The translations under genes were made by a program, and so were the position numbers. A model generated the notes under the pieces. The model searched no databases and was not told where the DNA came from. It was given only the letters and a program-made list of their open reading frames with translations. Of a stretch of DNA of 64,000 nucleotides, positions 39,621 through 49,768 are shown one piece after another. The stretch is from Nitrospirota bacterium. GTDB taxonomy: Bacteria; Nitrospirota; Thermodesulfovibrionia; Thermodesulfovibrionales; Dissulfurispiraceae. How positions within the stretch are numbered: position 1 is the first letter of the stretch; each line of letters starts with the position of its first letter. The DNA lies in contig CAVPZX010000002.1 of the NCBI GenBank assembly GCA_963710375.1, positions 1 through 64,000 on the forward strand, read 5' to 3'.

Positions 39621-40250
39621 TCATTCGACCATTACGGCTGCGCACATAACGGCTGAAGCCCAGATGGTATCTGATCGAGAAAGCTGAAATTCGCAGGTCG
39701 AGTCGAAAAAAAGGTCCACCCTTTCTGGGAACTCCTCATCCCTGAGCCACAACACCATTGTTACCGGGACCCGCGGCAGAGGGTAGAGCCTGATGCAGGC
39801 GTCCCCATGCCCTGTGACAACTTCTGCGCCCCAAACCTTTCCCCGCTCGATGAACCCTTCTTTATCATCGGCAAACCTGGAGGCTATGGCATCGAGCGGG
39901 AGCACATAGGTGCCGGATGAAAAACGGTGTCCTCCCTTGACATCCACAGGCTTGATCAATCTCCCTGTCGGTGGGATATCTTTGGCACTCGACATATAAC
40001 AAAGCACGGTAAGCCTGAAAACAGTTTTAAGTTTGTTTAAAAAGATCTCGCCCTGAGCAGCCTGGCAGCTGATTCTCATTTCGAGGGGATTGACATGGAT
40101 GTCTAAGCCGAAACACCGGAGCACATAGGCCCCGGCCTCTTCATCATAAATAGAGCCGGTTCGCCTGCATACATCCTCATGGGAGAGTCCGCACAACTCC
40201 TGCCACGCCTTTTCCTCACCCGATTCAATCTTTATCGGTACAATTTCCAT
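39621..40250 (-). CDS. DUF3786 domain protein
   Basis: GGHRF, GDA, PLPRVP, LWLRDEEFP, FD. Confidence 0.8.
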   Translation of the reverse strand: MEIVPIKIESGEEKAWQELCGLSHEDVCRRTGSIYDEEAGAYVLRCFGLDIHVNPLEMRISCQAAQGEIFLNKLKTVFRLTVLCYMSSAKDIPPTGRLIKPVDVKGGHRFSSGTYVLPLDAIASRFADDKEGFIERGKVWGAEVVTGHGDACIRLYPLPRVPVTMVLWLRDEEFPERVDLFFDSTCEFQLSRSDTIWASAVMCAAVMVE

Positions 40251-40287
40251 ATCACTCCCCGTACCGTGCCATCTGCCCCTATGAACC

Positions 40288-41469
40288 TTACCTGACCCTT
40301 TCCACTATCATTGCGATGCCCTGTCCTCCGCCTATGCACAGTGAGGCGAGACCCAACGCCACATCCCTGCGCAACATCTCAAAGAGGAGTGTCACAAGTA
40401 TCCTGGTTCCGCTTGCTCCCACGGGATGTCCCAGGGCGATGGCGCCGCCAAGAACATTCACCTTATTCATATCCCATCCCATTTCCCGGTGTACCTGGAT
40501 CGACTGGGATGCAAATGCCTCGTTAATCTCTATGAGATCAAGGTCGTTCACAGTGCAATGCACTCTTGCTATTAGCTTTTTGCATGCGTTGATAGGGCCA
40601 AGCCCCATGTATGCGGGGTCAAGGGCGGCAGACGAAGCACCCACAATCCTGAATGCCCACGCTGGGTTCAGCTGCTTCATCTTTTCCCCGGAAACAACGA
40701 CCACTGCCGCAGCCCCATCATTGATTCCCGATGCGTTCCCGGCCGTCACCGACCCATCCGCCCTGAAAGCGGGTTGCAGTTTTGCAAGGCCCTCAACCGT
40801 TGTGCCGAAGCGGGGATGCTCATCAGTATCGAAAATCTTGTCCTCACCCTTCTGCTGTTTTATTTTGAGTGGCACAATCTCGTCCCTGAACTTGCCATCC
40901 TTGATAGCCTGCTCTGTCTTATTTTGTGATGCAGCGGCGAATTCATCCTGCTCTGTTCTGCTGATCCGGTATTTCTCCGCAACGTTTTCGGCAGTGATCC
41001 CCATGTGGTAGTCATAGAACACATCCCACAGGGCATCGTTGATAAGCGTATCGGTCATCTCAGCGTTCCCCAGGCGCTGTCCCCACCGCGATGACTTCAC
41101 CACGTAGGGAGCACCGGTCATATGTTCCATTCCACCCGCAACCACGACATTTCCCTCTCCCGAAGCAATAGACTGCGCGGCAATGGCAACCGACTTCAAT
41201 CCTGAGCCGCAGACCTTGTTCACGGTAAAGGCAGGAATATTCTCCGGAAGACCGGCGCGGATTGCTGCCTGTCTCGCAGTGTTCTGTCCCAGTCCAGCCT
41301 GGAGAACATTCCCCATTATCACTTCTTCAACTTCGTCTCCTTTTATTGCGGTCCTTCTGACGACCTCTTTGATCACCTCAGACCCCAGGTCGATTACGCC
41401 CAATGAGGCGAGGGAGCCGTTGAATTTTCCTATGGCAGTCCTTACCCCGCCAATAATAAAAGCGTCCAT
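40288..41469 (-). CDS. Acetyl-CoA C-acyltransferase (thiolase)
   Basis: [25 protein letters not shown]. Confidence 0.96.
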   Translation of the reverse strand: MDAFIIGGVRTAIGKFNGSLASLGVIDLGSEVIKEVVRRTAIKGDEVEEVIMGNVLQAGLGQNTARQAAIRAGLPENIPAFTVNKVCGSGLKSVAIAAQSIASGEGNVVVAGGMEHMTGAPYVVKSSRWGQRLGNAEMTDTLINDALWDVFYDYHMGITAENVAEKYRISRTEQDEFAAASQNKTEQAIKDGKFRDEIVPLKIKQQKGEDKIFDTDEHPRFGTTVEGLAKLQPAFRADGSVTAGNASGINDGAAAVVVVSGEKMKQLNPAWAFRIVGASSAALDPAYMGLGPINACKKLIARVHCTVNDLDLIEINEAFASQSIQVHREMGWDMNKVNVLGGAIALGHPVGASGTRILVTLLFEMLRRDVALGLASLCIGGGQGIAMIVERVR

Positions 41470-41622
41470 AGTTACTCCTCCTCTGTTACGCGGTTCGTGC
41501 GGCAGCGTAAACCCTAGAATAGATATGATAACAAAAAATCAGATTCTCATGCCGCCGCCTTTAACAAATTTGACGAATGTGATTTCAGCGCCAGCCGTAA
41601 CAGGGAACAGACGCCGATCAAT

Positions 41623-42909
41623 CTATTTAGCCTCTTCAAGCGCAGCAGGCAGCCCAACGTTAGTCCTTATATCAGTCCACTCTTTTTGACCTATTGCAGC
41701 ATCATCACCCTTCAGGGTATCTATGGTCTCAAAATAATCGGCCTGATATTTATCTTTCTTGACCTCGGCTGCAGGTTTGCACTTGACGGCATACATGGTC
41801 TGGATAGACTGATGGTCCCAAGGCCTCCAATACTGCTCATCTTTCAGACCGACATACTTATGTCCTTCAAGCGCGTTTATAACAGCTTTTGTGTCGAATG
41901 TCCCGGCGCGCTCTACAGCCTCCTTATATACGAAAGGAATAACGTATGCCGCTTCACCGATTTCTGTAGGATATTCCTTGTATAGCTCCTCGTATTTCTT
42001 TACAAAGGCTATCCCTTTAGGATAGTTGAATTTAAATGGTACCTCCCAGTTCCACGACTCTGAGCCTATTATGCCCTCCATGGCCTCGGGGCCTGCTCCC
42101 TGCGCCATACTGAGGTTCACGATAGGAACTATAATCTGCATCGTCTTCTTCAACCCCATCGCGTAGGCCGTTTTTACAGCTATCACCATATCGCGTCCAA
42201 ACAAGTTCAGCACCAGGACCTCGGCATTGCTGTCTTTGGCAGCGCTCAACGCATCCTTGAAGTCCATAGCGCCAAACGGTGTTAAAACCCCCCTATTTAC
42301 GGTCTTGTCAGTCGTATTGGTGAATTTTCTGATGGCGTCTTCGGTTGTCCATCCAAAGGTGTAATCAGTCGTAATGTAAAAATATTTTTTGCCGGCAAAA
42401 TTTTTATTCAGATAATTTGCCAATACCTTTGCTGCCATATACGAGTCATTACTTTCCCTGAATACATTCTTGTGGCCCTCTTCACCGGTGACCGACGTAG
42501 AATACGCCACGGTGGCAAAATAGAGTTTGTTTCTCTGCAAGGCGGCCTTTCCAATAGCAATTGTCTCTGCGCTCGTGGAGCCGCCGTCCAACATCTGCAA
42601 ACCCTCCTTATCGATAAGGTCAAGGGCCATTTGCTTTGAAAGTTTTGGGTTTGGCTGCGATGGCACGTAGATAAGCTGTATTTTTTTCCCTAAGATACCG
42701 CCTGCTGCATTAACTTCTTCAACTGCAAGGTCTCCTGCCCTCTTCGCCTCTAATCCCATCTTTGCGTAAGGACCTGCCTCCGGGTAACTCACGCCGATCT
42801 TTACAATCTCTTCGGCATAAACAGAGACCCCGGTTGCCAACAGAAACATACCACTGATGATTAACACAACTAGTCTGGAAATAAGAGGACTGATCACCAT
42901 TCTTTTCAC
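41623..42909 (-). CDS. Branched-chain amino acid-type ABC substrate-binding protein (no permease nearby)
   Basis: Signal peptide, VNAAGGILG, DYTFG, ERAGT. Confidence 0.85.
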   Translation of the reverse strand: MKRMVISPLISRLVVLIISGMFLLATGVSVYAEEIVKIGVSYPEAGPYAKMGLEAKRAGDLAVEEVNAAGGILGKKIQLIYVPSQPNPKLSKQMALDLIDKEGLQMLDGGSTSAETIAIGKAALQRNKLYFATVAYSTSVTGEEGHKNVFRESNDSYMAAKVLANYLNKNFAGKKYFYITTDYTFGWTTEDAIRKFTNTTDKTVNRGVLTPFGAMDFKDALSAAKDSNAEVLVLNLFGRDMVIAVKTAYAMGLKKTMQIIVPIVNLSMAQGAGPEAMEGIIGSESWNWEVPFKFNYPKGIAFVKKYEELYKEYPTEIGEAAYVIPFVYKEAVERAGTFDTKAVINALEGHKYVGLKDEQYWRPWDHQSIQTMYAVKCKPAAEVKKDKYQADYFETIDTLKGDDAAIGQKEWTDIRTNVGLPAALEEAK

Positions 42910-42999
42910 AGCTAACCTCCTAAAATATTTTTTAACAAAGAATCAGCAAAAAGCTGATTTAAAAAGCGGAATATGCTAAGACTGACTAACTAGCTGAAC

Positions 43000-43028
43000 A
43001 TTATAGCTAACCTTTACGTATATGTCAA
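43000..43028 (-). promoter_or_regulatory. Promoter/operator upstream of the SBP gene
   Basis: TTGACA-TATACGTAAAGGTTAGC-TATAAT, a consensus 17-bp-spaced promoter. Confidence 0.8.
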
Positions 43029-43135
43029 GTATGGTTGTTACACGTGGTTGTTACACGTGTCAAGGCAAAGCAGAAATGTCAGGTTTTTTTATTTGTTCCG
43101 ATATCGTAGAAAGAACAACGCCGCTATAGGATCTT

Positions 43136-44080
43136 CTAATCCTTAAACGTTTTGCCTATCAAAACAGAGCACTCTGAATGCGCCAGGATGTTTCTTGATA
43201 CACTTCCCATCATCCCTTTCATTCCTCTTAACCCTCTGCAGCCGACTGCTATTAAGTTTGCTCTTAACGTCTCCGCTGTTCTCAGTATTTCTCCGGAAGT
43301 GTCCCCGACTCCCGAAACGACGTCTATATTGCTGAATCTTTTTCCAAGAAGGTCCCTGGCGTTCTCAAGAATTCTTCTGGATTCCGCAACTCTCGTTTCT
43401 CTGATTTTTTCCTCAACTTCAAATATCCGTTCGATTGTTCCAGCATCAAACATCTGGGGGATATCCAATACTTCTGACGGTGTTACATTCATTATCTTTA
43501 TTTCCGTATTATCGTAAAACGGTATTTTAGATAAAAACTCTCCGGTGTCACGGGAATAATCGGAGCCATCAGTGGCAAACAGCACTTTGATTCTGTCAGG
43601 TTTTTCATGCACTGTCAGTTTTGAAATGAGAACCGGCTTTGGTGATTTAATGGACACCTCTTTCGTCACGCTTCCTATAAAAAACGATTTAATACCTCTT
43701 ATTCCCCTTGCTCCCATAACAATCATGTCCATATCAGAATTCACAGCTGCGTCAATTATGCAATCGTCAGGAGAACTACACTCCACGATTGCAGTGCTGA
43801 TTTTGGCCTTAACAGGCTGCAGAACCCTTGAGACGGAATCGATAATTCTGGGAGCGATTTCCTTCTTTATTAACTTCAGAACATTGTAATAAGAGACTTC
43901 ATCGAATTCTTTGTGGTACCACTTCTGTGGAAACCAGACTTGCAAAGGTTGTATGGATGGAACCCAACATATTGCGTGGAAAATGGTTATTTCATCCTCG
44001 GAAGATAGATTAAGGCAGGTGAGGAAGTTCGCAGCTCCCTCCGAGAATTCAGAACCATCTGTTGCCAGCAGTATTTTCAT
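43136..44080 (-). CDS. Tandem universal stress protein
   Basis: Two ATDGS...GxRG...GSV domains. Confidence 0.92.
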   Translation of the reverse strand: MKILLATDGSEFSEGAANFLTCLNLSSEDEITIFHAICWVPSIQPLQVWFPQKWYHKEFDEVSYYNVLKLIKKEIAPRIIDSVSRVLQPVKAKISTAIVECSSPDDCIIDAAVNSDMDMIVMGARGIRGIKSFFIGSVTKEVSIKSPKPVLISKLTVHEKPDRIKVLFATDGSDYSRDTGEFLSKIPFYDNTEIKIMNVTPSEVLDIPQMFDAGTIERIFEVEEKIRETRVAESRRILENARDLLGKRFSNIDVVSGVGDTSGEILRTAETLRANLIAVGCRGLRGMKGMMGSVSRNILAHSECSVLIGKTFKD

Positions 44081-44233
44081 CTGACTCAGCCTTGCCTCAT
44101 CTATGAAACCAAGATACCATAGATCACGTGAAAAGACAAACAGGAGTCCGTTTATGGAAAGAAAATCTACCGCTTCGGTTTGTACTTTGCCACATTTTAT
44201 AGTAGACTTTGTGTACCGTGTTGGAGGCCTGAG

Positions 44234-45250
44234 ATGAACCCTTTCGCAGTCGGCATTATTGTGGTGGTAGTTCTGCCGGTGTTAGCTGTTGCCGGATTGA
44301 TAGTTTTCGGCACCGCGGAGCCGCCTGCGTTACTTACTTCCGTCAGCAACCCGTTTATTGCGATGGACTACAGAGGACTGCCCGCCCTGGAGAGGTACCA
44401 GGCACGCGATGGAGCGCGACTTTCCTTTCGGGTGTATGCGGCCGGCCGGAAACAAGTTGCCGTCCTGATTCATGGCTCCGCCGGCGGCAGCAGCAGCATG
44501 CATGCGCTGGCTCTTGCACTTCAACGTGATGGCATTACTGTCTATGTGCCGGACCTTCGCGGCCACGGTTCAAATGCTCCTCATGGCGACATTGCTTATG
44601 TGGGACAGTTGGAGGATGACCTGGCTGATCTCCTTGCAAGAGCAAAGCCGACCTTCCCCAACGCAAAGTGGACCCTGGTGGGCTTTTCATCCGGGGGAGG
44701 TTTCGCATTGCGTGTGGCTGCTGAGGTGCCTATGGGGCAAATGTTCGACCGCTACATACTTCTGTCACCATATCTGAGATTCGACGCCCCAACATTGCGC
44801 ACGAACGCGACAAGTGTATCGGAGCTGAAGTCAGGCAAAGGCAGCAGTCCGGTTCCAATAACTGCTCAAAGTTGGGCAAAGGGCTATACCGGCAGGATCA
44901 TTGGTCTCAGGATCCTCAACCGATTCGGCATACACGTTTTTGATGGCTTGCCTGTCGTGGCATTTGCGGTGCCTCCGAATATGGCATTCGTCACCAGGAC
45001 TTACTCTCTGCGCCTGCAACAAAACTTCGGGCCGCATGCGGATTATCTTGCCGACATTCGCTCCGCATCCCGTCCATTGCGCGTCTACATCGGCGCGGCC
45101 GACCAGCTCTTCATTCCAGAAAAAATGCAGGAAGTCTTCCAGTCACAGCGCAGTGATGTACCGGTCATCGTTCTTCCAGGTTTGGATCATGTTGACATGG
45201 TCACGCGTCCAGAGGCGATTGAGGCTACCGTTAGCGTATTTCAGCAGTAG
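44234..45250 (+). CDS. Alpha/beta hydrolase
   Basis: HGS, DLRGHG, GFSSGG, H in GLDH. Confidence 0.88.
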   Translation: MNPFAVGIIVVVVLPVLAVAGLIVFGTAEPPALLTSVSNPFIAMDYRGLPALERYQARDGARLSFRVYAAGRKQVAVLIHGSAGGSSSMHALALALQRDGITVYVPDLRGHGSNAPHGDIAYVGQLEDDLADLLARAKPTFPNAKWTLVGFSSGGGFALRVAAEVPMGQMFDRYILLSPYLRFDAPTLRTNATSVSELKSGKGSSPVPITAQSWAKGYTGRIIGLRILNRFGIHVFDGLPVVAFAVPPNMAFVTRTYSLRLQQNFGPHADYLADIRSASRPLRVYIGAADQLFIPEKMQEVFQSQRSDVPVIVLPGLDHVDMVTRPEAIEATVSVFQQ

Positions 45251-45346
45251 GACGGGACTTTGCGGTACAATAATTAGTTTTCGGAAAGGTTATACATAGA
45301 TTTAGAAATTATGCCGAATATAAGTTGAACACGTGGGGATATATCC

Positions 45347-46414
45347 ATGAAGGCAACTGTCTTTGACATGAAGAAAGGTATCTTTCAGGTCTCGGTCGAA
45401 GACCTGTCGCAGCTCCTTCCGGCAGATGGATTCTTCTGGCTCGACATCGATGGCGCATCGGAGGAGGAAATCCAATCGGTAGCAGCCGCACTTCATCTTT
45501 CCGAGCAGATGAGTTCCTGGCTCCCCCGCTTCGGACAAAGGGCCAGACTCGAATTGGGCAAGGAGCAAATCCGGATCTCCACATGGGGAGTCGGAGCTTC
45601 CGGCATGCCAATCGAGGTACACGTCCTTTTTTCGCAATCGTGGCTTCTAACGGTACACGCCGGTGGCGGCAGTTCTATGGACCGGGCGCGCGGCATATAC
45701 CGGAATGTCGTCCCGACGATTGAGGCTCGACATTCTGGTCTTCTCGTCATACTAACCGAGTTGATGGCAAGTTTTGACCCGTTGCTCGAGCGCCTTGATG
45801 AATCGCTTTATGCCTTGGAGGAACAAGTCATCCGGGCGCCGACAGAAGCGCAGATAGAGCAGCTCGCGAGACTGCGTAAACAGTTGTGGTCACTGCATAG
45901 GATATGGGAGCCACAGCAAGGGGCGGCAAGTAAACTCTCGTTCTCTATCAAGAGACTGTCGGGAATGAGTGAAAGGGCAGATCTGGTCCGTGACTACGCA
46001 GAGCGCATCTCGGACCTCATGGATAGGATCAATGACCTGCGCCAACGTGCCACTGAAGCTATGGAAAGCTACGGGACGAGCGTTTCCAACAGACAGTCAC
46101 AAGTCATCAACCGTCTGACGATCATCGCTGCTGTTTTTCTCCCGCTGACTTTACTGACCGCCTTCTTCGGAATGAATTTTCAATGGATGATTGACCGCCT
46201 GCAATCGCTGGAAGCCTTTCTTGCCCTTGGAGTCGGCTTGTTTATTGCGACATTAGTTGCCACGTTGTCACTCTTTAGGAACCGTGGATGGCTGGGTGAA
46301 AAGCAAGCGGGAAAACTTGAGGCAGTGGCCATTGCTCCAACGACAATCCGGTCGCATGCGGCCGATGCTCAAAACAGTGGTGCGAGCAGCCCTCCGCCTG
46401 CTCAACCGGGATGA
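45347..46414 (+). CDS. CorA family divalent cation transporter
   Basis: FFWLD, RLTIIAAVFLPLT, FGMNF. Confidence 0.9.
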   Translation: MKATVFDMKKGIFQVSVEDLSQLLPADGFFWLDIDGASEEEIQSVAAALHLSEQMSSWLPRFGQRARLELGKEQIRISTWGVGASGMPIEVHVLFSQSWLLTVHAGGGSSMDRARGIYRNVVPTIEARHSGLLVILTELMASFDPLLERLDESLYALEEQVIRAPTEAQIEQLARLRKQLWSLHRIWEPQQGAASKLSFSIKRLSGMSERADLVRDYAERISDLMDRINDLRQRATEAMESYGTSVSNRQSQVINRLTIIAAVFLPLTLLTAFFGMNFQWMIDRLQSLEAFLALGVGLFIATLVATLSLFRNRGWLGEKQAGKLEAVAIAPTTIRSHAADAQNSGASSPPPAQPG

Positions 46415-46421
46415 TCATAGA

Positions 46422-48137
46422 ATGACGAAAGGCCGGACGGAGGTTCAAGGCATACGGGCGCCTGTTTTGCAGGGGATATTACCCATCAAAGGGTCCCAGG
46501 TGCCTACCGATGTTATCGCTGGTCTCACGCTGGCTGCCCTTGCCATTCCTGAAGTGATGGGCTACACGAAGATCGCTGGCACCCCGGTGATCACCGGTCT
46601 TTACACCATCCTCATTCCGATGGCTCTTTTCGCTTTCTTCGGGTCATCCCGCCACCTGGTGGTGGGCGCCGACTCTGCAACAGCAGCTATTCTTGCGGGT
46701 ACACTCTCCCGTATGGCTGCACAAGGGTCGGCTGAGTGGCTCGCACTGGCAGGCGTCCTCGCGTTACTGTCAGCGGCTTTCCTTATCATCGCCCGTATCA
46801 TTAGCCTGGGGTTTCTCGCGGATTTCCTCTCGCGCACCGTGCTCGTAGGCTTCCTTACCGGCGTCGGCGTTCAGGTTGCCATCGGCGAGATATCAGGAAT
46901 GTTCGGCCTGCCTGGTGGAGGACACGGTGCAATCCACAAGATCATAAACGATCTGCAGCAGATCGGGCAGACTAATTTTTACGTCTTGGCCATCTCCATC
47001 GCCGTGATTGTGCTCATCGTCGGGTCAAAGAAGGTCTCAGAAAAAATCCCGGGCGCCCTGATAGCTGTGGTTTGCGCCATCGTCGCCAGCTCGGTGTTCG
47101 ATCTTGAAGCTCACGGCGTACATCTGCTCGGGTATATCCCGGGCGGTCTTCCAAAAATCGGCCCGCCCGACGTCCACTGGGATAAGGGCCTGGTCTTGAA
47201 GTTGCTTCCCACCGCATTTTCGATGTTTATAGTCATTCTGACCCAGAGCGCAGCGACCTCACGGGCTTACGCTGCCCACTACAACGAGCGCTTTAGCGAA
47301 GACGTGGATCTGACAGGTCTGAGCCTGGCCAACATCGGTGCTGCATTATCCGGGACCTTTGTCGTGAACGGAAGCCCCACCAAAACCCAGATGGTCGTCA
47401 GCGCCGGTGGACGCAGCCAGCTTGCACAGATCACCACGAGCCTCGTTGTGCTGCTCGTGCTGCTGTTCCTTACGGGTCCGCTGGCTAACCTGCCGAATGC
47501 GGTCCTGTCAGCAGTTGTATTCCTGATTGGCGTGGAATTGATTGACTTCAAAGGGATGCGTAAGATATGGATCCAGCGACCGCCCGAATTCTGGGTTGCG
47601 CTGATTACTACCCTCGTAGTGATCTTCATCGGCGTAGAGGAGGGTATTATTCTTGCCATGGTGCTGTCACTTATAGAGCACGTGCGGCGGAGCTACAGAT
47701 CGAAAAACGTCATAATCTCATCTGACAAGAAGGGCGGCTGGCGGATACTGCCGGTAACCGCTCCGGAGCAAGTACGGCCCGGACTTCTTGTGTATCGCTT
47801 TGCCCACACGATGTATTACGCTAATGCGCAACAACTCTCCGAACAGGTTATCGACCTCGCGAGCAGGGCACAGCCCCCCCTGGTCTGGTTCTGTATCGAT
47901 GCGTCAGCGGTAGCCGATGTGGACTTCACTGCAGCATCAACCCTTCGCGATATTCACGGCATTTTGAAGAGGCAGGGGATAAGGCTTGTGTTTTACCAGG
48001 TGATCGACCTCGTCAAGGCCGAGTTGGACAGGTATGAACTCACCGGTCTGTTTGGGAAAGACGCCTTCTACGGGACCATCGATGAAGTAGTAAGCGCATA
48101 TGACAAAAGGTCAACAGGCAATATCGCTGAGAACTGA
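46422..48137 (+). CDS. SulP family anion transporter with STAS domain
   Basis: DVIAGLT, IPEVMGY, GSSRHLVVG, DVDFTA. Confidence 0.93.
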   Translation: MTKGRTEVQGIRAPVLQGILPIKGSQVPTDVIAGLTLAALAIPEVMGYTKIAGTPVITGLYTILIPMALFAFFGSSRHLVVGADSATAAILAGTLSRMAAQGSAEWLALAGVLALLSAAFLIIARIISLGFLADFLSRTVLVGFLTGVGVQVAIGEISGMFGLPGGGHGAIHKIINDLQQIGQTNFYVLAISIAVIVLIVGSKKVSEKIPGALIAVVCAIVASSVFDLEAHGVHLLGYIPGGLPKIGPPDVHWDKGLVLKLLPTAFSMFIVILTQSAATSRAYAAHYNERFSEDVDLTGLSLANIGAALSGTFVVNGSPTKTQMVVSAGGRSQLAQITTSLVVLLVLLFLTGPLANLPNAVLSAVVFLIGVELIDFKGMRKIWIQRPPEFWVALITTLVVIFIGVEEGIILAMVLSLIEHVRRSYRSKNVIISSDKKGGWRILPVTAPEQVRPGLLVYRFAHTMYYANAQQLSEQVIDLASRAQPPLVWFCIDASAVADVDFTAASTLRDIHGILKRQGIRLVFYQVIDLVKAELDRYELTGLFGKDAFYGTIDEVVSAYDKRSTGNIAEN

Positions 48138-48162
48138 CCACTGCTGTGAAGATACAAGTGCT

Positions 48163-49269
48163 TCAATCCGGTTCCTCCGGTGAGTGTTTCTCTTTATCTT
48201 TTGGAATTATTACCGTTATCGTGGTGCCTGCATTTTGGCTGCCGTATATCCGAAATTCACCGTTGCAAATCTGTACACGCTCCCGCATCCCCAGCAGGCC
48301 GAATGAATTGGCCTTTGACATATGCTCCTCCGTAATCCCAACGCCATTGTCGGAAATATCAAGCATTATGCTGTCGCCTCGGTCACTTAACGTCGCCGTC
48401 ACCTTTGTCGCCTGTGCATGCCGGAGCACATTGCTTAGCGACTCTTGAAATATCCTGAAAAGGGCGATAGAGTGCTTTCCGTCAACAATAATGTCATAGG
48501 GAACCAGATTAACCTCACATTCAATTCCGCTTCTTTTCTGGTATTCCTGAGCCTGCCACTCGATTGCCGCCCCAAGACCAAGATGGTCCAGTACTGACGG
48601 TCTCAACTCCGTGCAGAGCCTTTTCACTGTCTTTATAGTCTCATTAACAAGCCTTAAATCAGCTTTTATCAGTTCCTCAAGTGTTTCTATCCCCTGATTG
48701 GTTGCCACTTTCTTTTCCATCACTGATAAGTCCATTTTTAAAGCAGTAAGTGTCTGACCAAGTTCATCGTGTATTTCACGGGCAATCCAGGTCCTTTCTT
48801 CTTCCCTGGCGGATTCCAGATGGGCGGCAAGATTTCGTAATTGTTCATGAGATATCTTAAGTTCTTTAACCGCCTTCCTGCGTTCAAACTTCTCGGTTGC
48901 CTCTTCCAAGGCCCTGCGCACCGAAGGTGCGAGCCTTGATATCCTGTCTTTCAGAACATAATCCGTTGCTCCGCTCTTAAGAGTTTCGATGGCCAGTTCT
49001 TCGCCCATCGTACCCGAGATGAAAATAAACGGCATATTAGGACATCTTTCTTTTGCGATAGCAAGTGCGGAAAGCCCGTCAAAGCCGGGCAAAGAATGGT
49101 CGGCAAAAATTATATCAAATCCGCCGCTATCTACAGCCTCGATAAAGTCATCGCTTGTTTCTACCCGGAATATATTGCAGGCGATGCCTTCTTCATCGAG
49201 GGCCGATCTGACGAGTTCGGCGTCGAGGGGTTCATCTTCGAGGTACAGGATTCTCAGAGACGAATTCAT
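48163..49269 (-). CDS. REC + HisKA_3 (NarX/UhpB-type) histidine kinase
   Basis: N-terminal receiver; EERTWIAREIHDELGQ, QESLSN, DNGVG. Confidence 0.93.
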   Translation of the reverse strand: MNSSLRILYLEDEPLDAELVRSALDEEGIACNIFRVETSDDFIEAVDSGGFDIIFADHSLPGFDGLSALAIAKERCPNMPFIFISGTMGEELAIETLKSGATDYVLKDRISRLAPSVRRALEEATEKFERRKAVKELKISHEQLRNLAAHLESAREEERTWIAREIHDELGQTLTALKMDLSVMEKKVATNQGIETLEELIKADLRLVNETIKTVKRLCTELRPSVLDHLGLGAAIEWQAQEYQKRSGIECEVNLVPYDIIVDGKHSIALFRIFQESLSNVLRHAQATKVTATLSDRGDSIMLDISDNGVGITEEHMSKANSFGLLGMRERVQICNGEFRIYGSQNAGTTITVIIPKDKEKHSPEEPD

Positions 49270-49310
49270 CTGATTATCTCCTTTATATTTTTAGCGTGCA
49301 GTCTGCATAG

Positions 49311-49766
49311 TTATGCATCACTCCCGTCCAAGTGCGGTGGTGCGCTGACAACCGCCCAATAAGCCCCTATACGTTTTATTACGTCAATAAACTGGTGGAA
49401 ATCAATCGGCTTTACTACATAGCTGTTTGCGCCGAACTTATAGCCCTCGGCTATATCACTATCTTCGTTTGATGAAGTAAGGATCACAACCGGCAGGCAC
49501 CTGAGCTTTTCGTCGGTCTTGATAAGCCTGAGCACTTCAAGTCCGTCTATCTTGGGCAGCTTAAGGTCAAGCAGGACGAGGGCAGGCAAACCGTCTGTCC
49601 TGGAGGTAAACTTTCCATGGCAGTTGAGATAGTCCAGCGCTTCTTCGCCATCACGAACAGCCCTGACCCGATTGGCCAGATTGTTTTCAGCAAGACCTGT
49701 GATGATCAGTTCTGCATCATACGGATCGTCCTCTACAAGCAAAATATGTTTTAGTAGGTCAGGCAT
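49311..49766 (-). CDS. Single-domain response regulator (Rcp1-like)
   Basis: LLVEDD, LLDLKLP, LTSS, GANSYVVKP. Confidence 0.93.
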   Translation of the reverse strand: MPDLLKHILLVEDDPYDAELIITGLAENNLANRVRAVRDGEEALDYLNCHGKFTSRTDGLPALVLLDLKLPKIDGLEVLRLIKTDEKLRCLPVVILTSSNEDSDIAEGYKFGANSYVVKPIDFHQFIDVIKRIGAYWAVVSAPPHLDGSDA

Positions 49767-49768
49767 GC

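Noticed and set aside
43032..43057. 13-bp tandem duplication TGGTTGTTACACG x2
   Set aside because: Real but only two copies with no further structure; likely slippage or an insertion scar
24994..48137. One large genomic island from tRNA-Pro to sulP
   Set aside because: No integrase and no duplicated tRNA 3' end found; the right boundary cannot be supported
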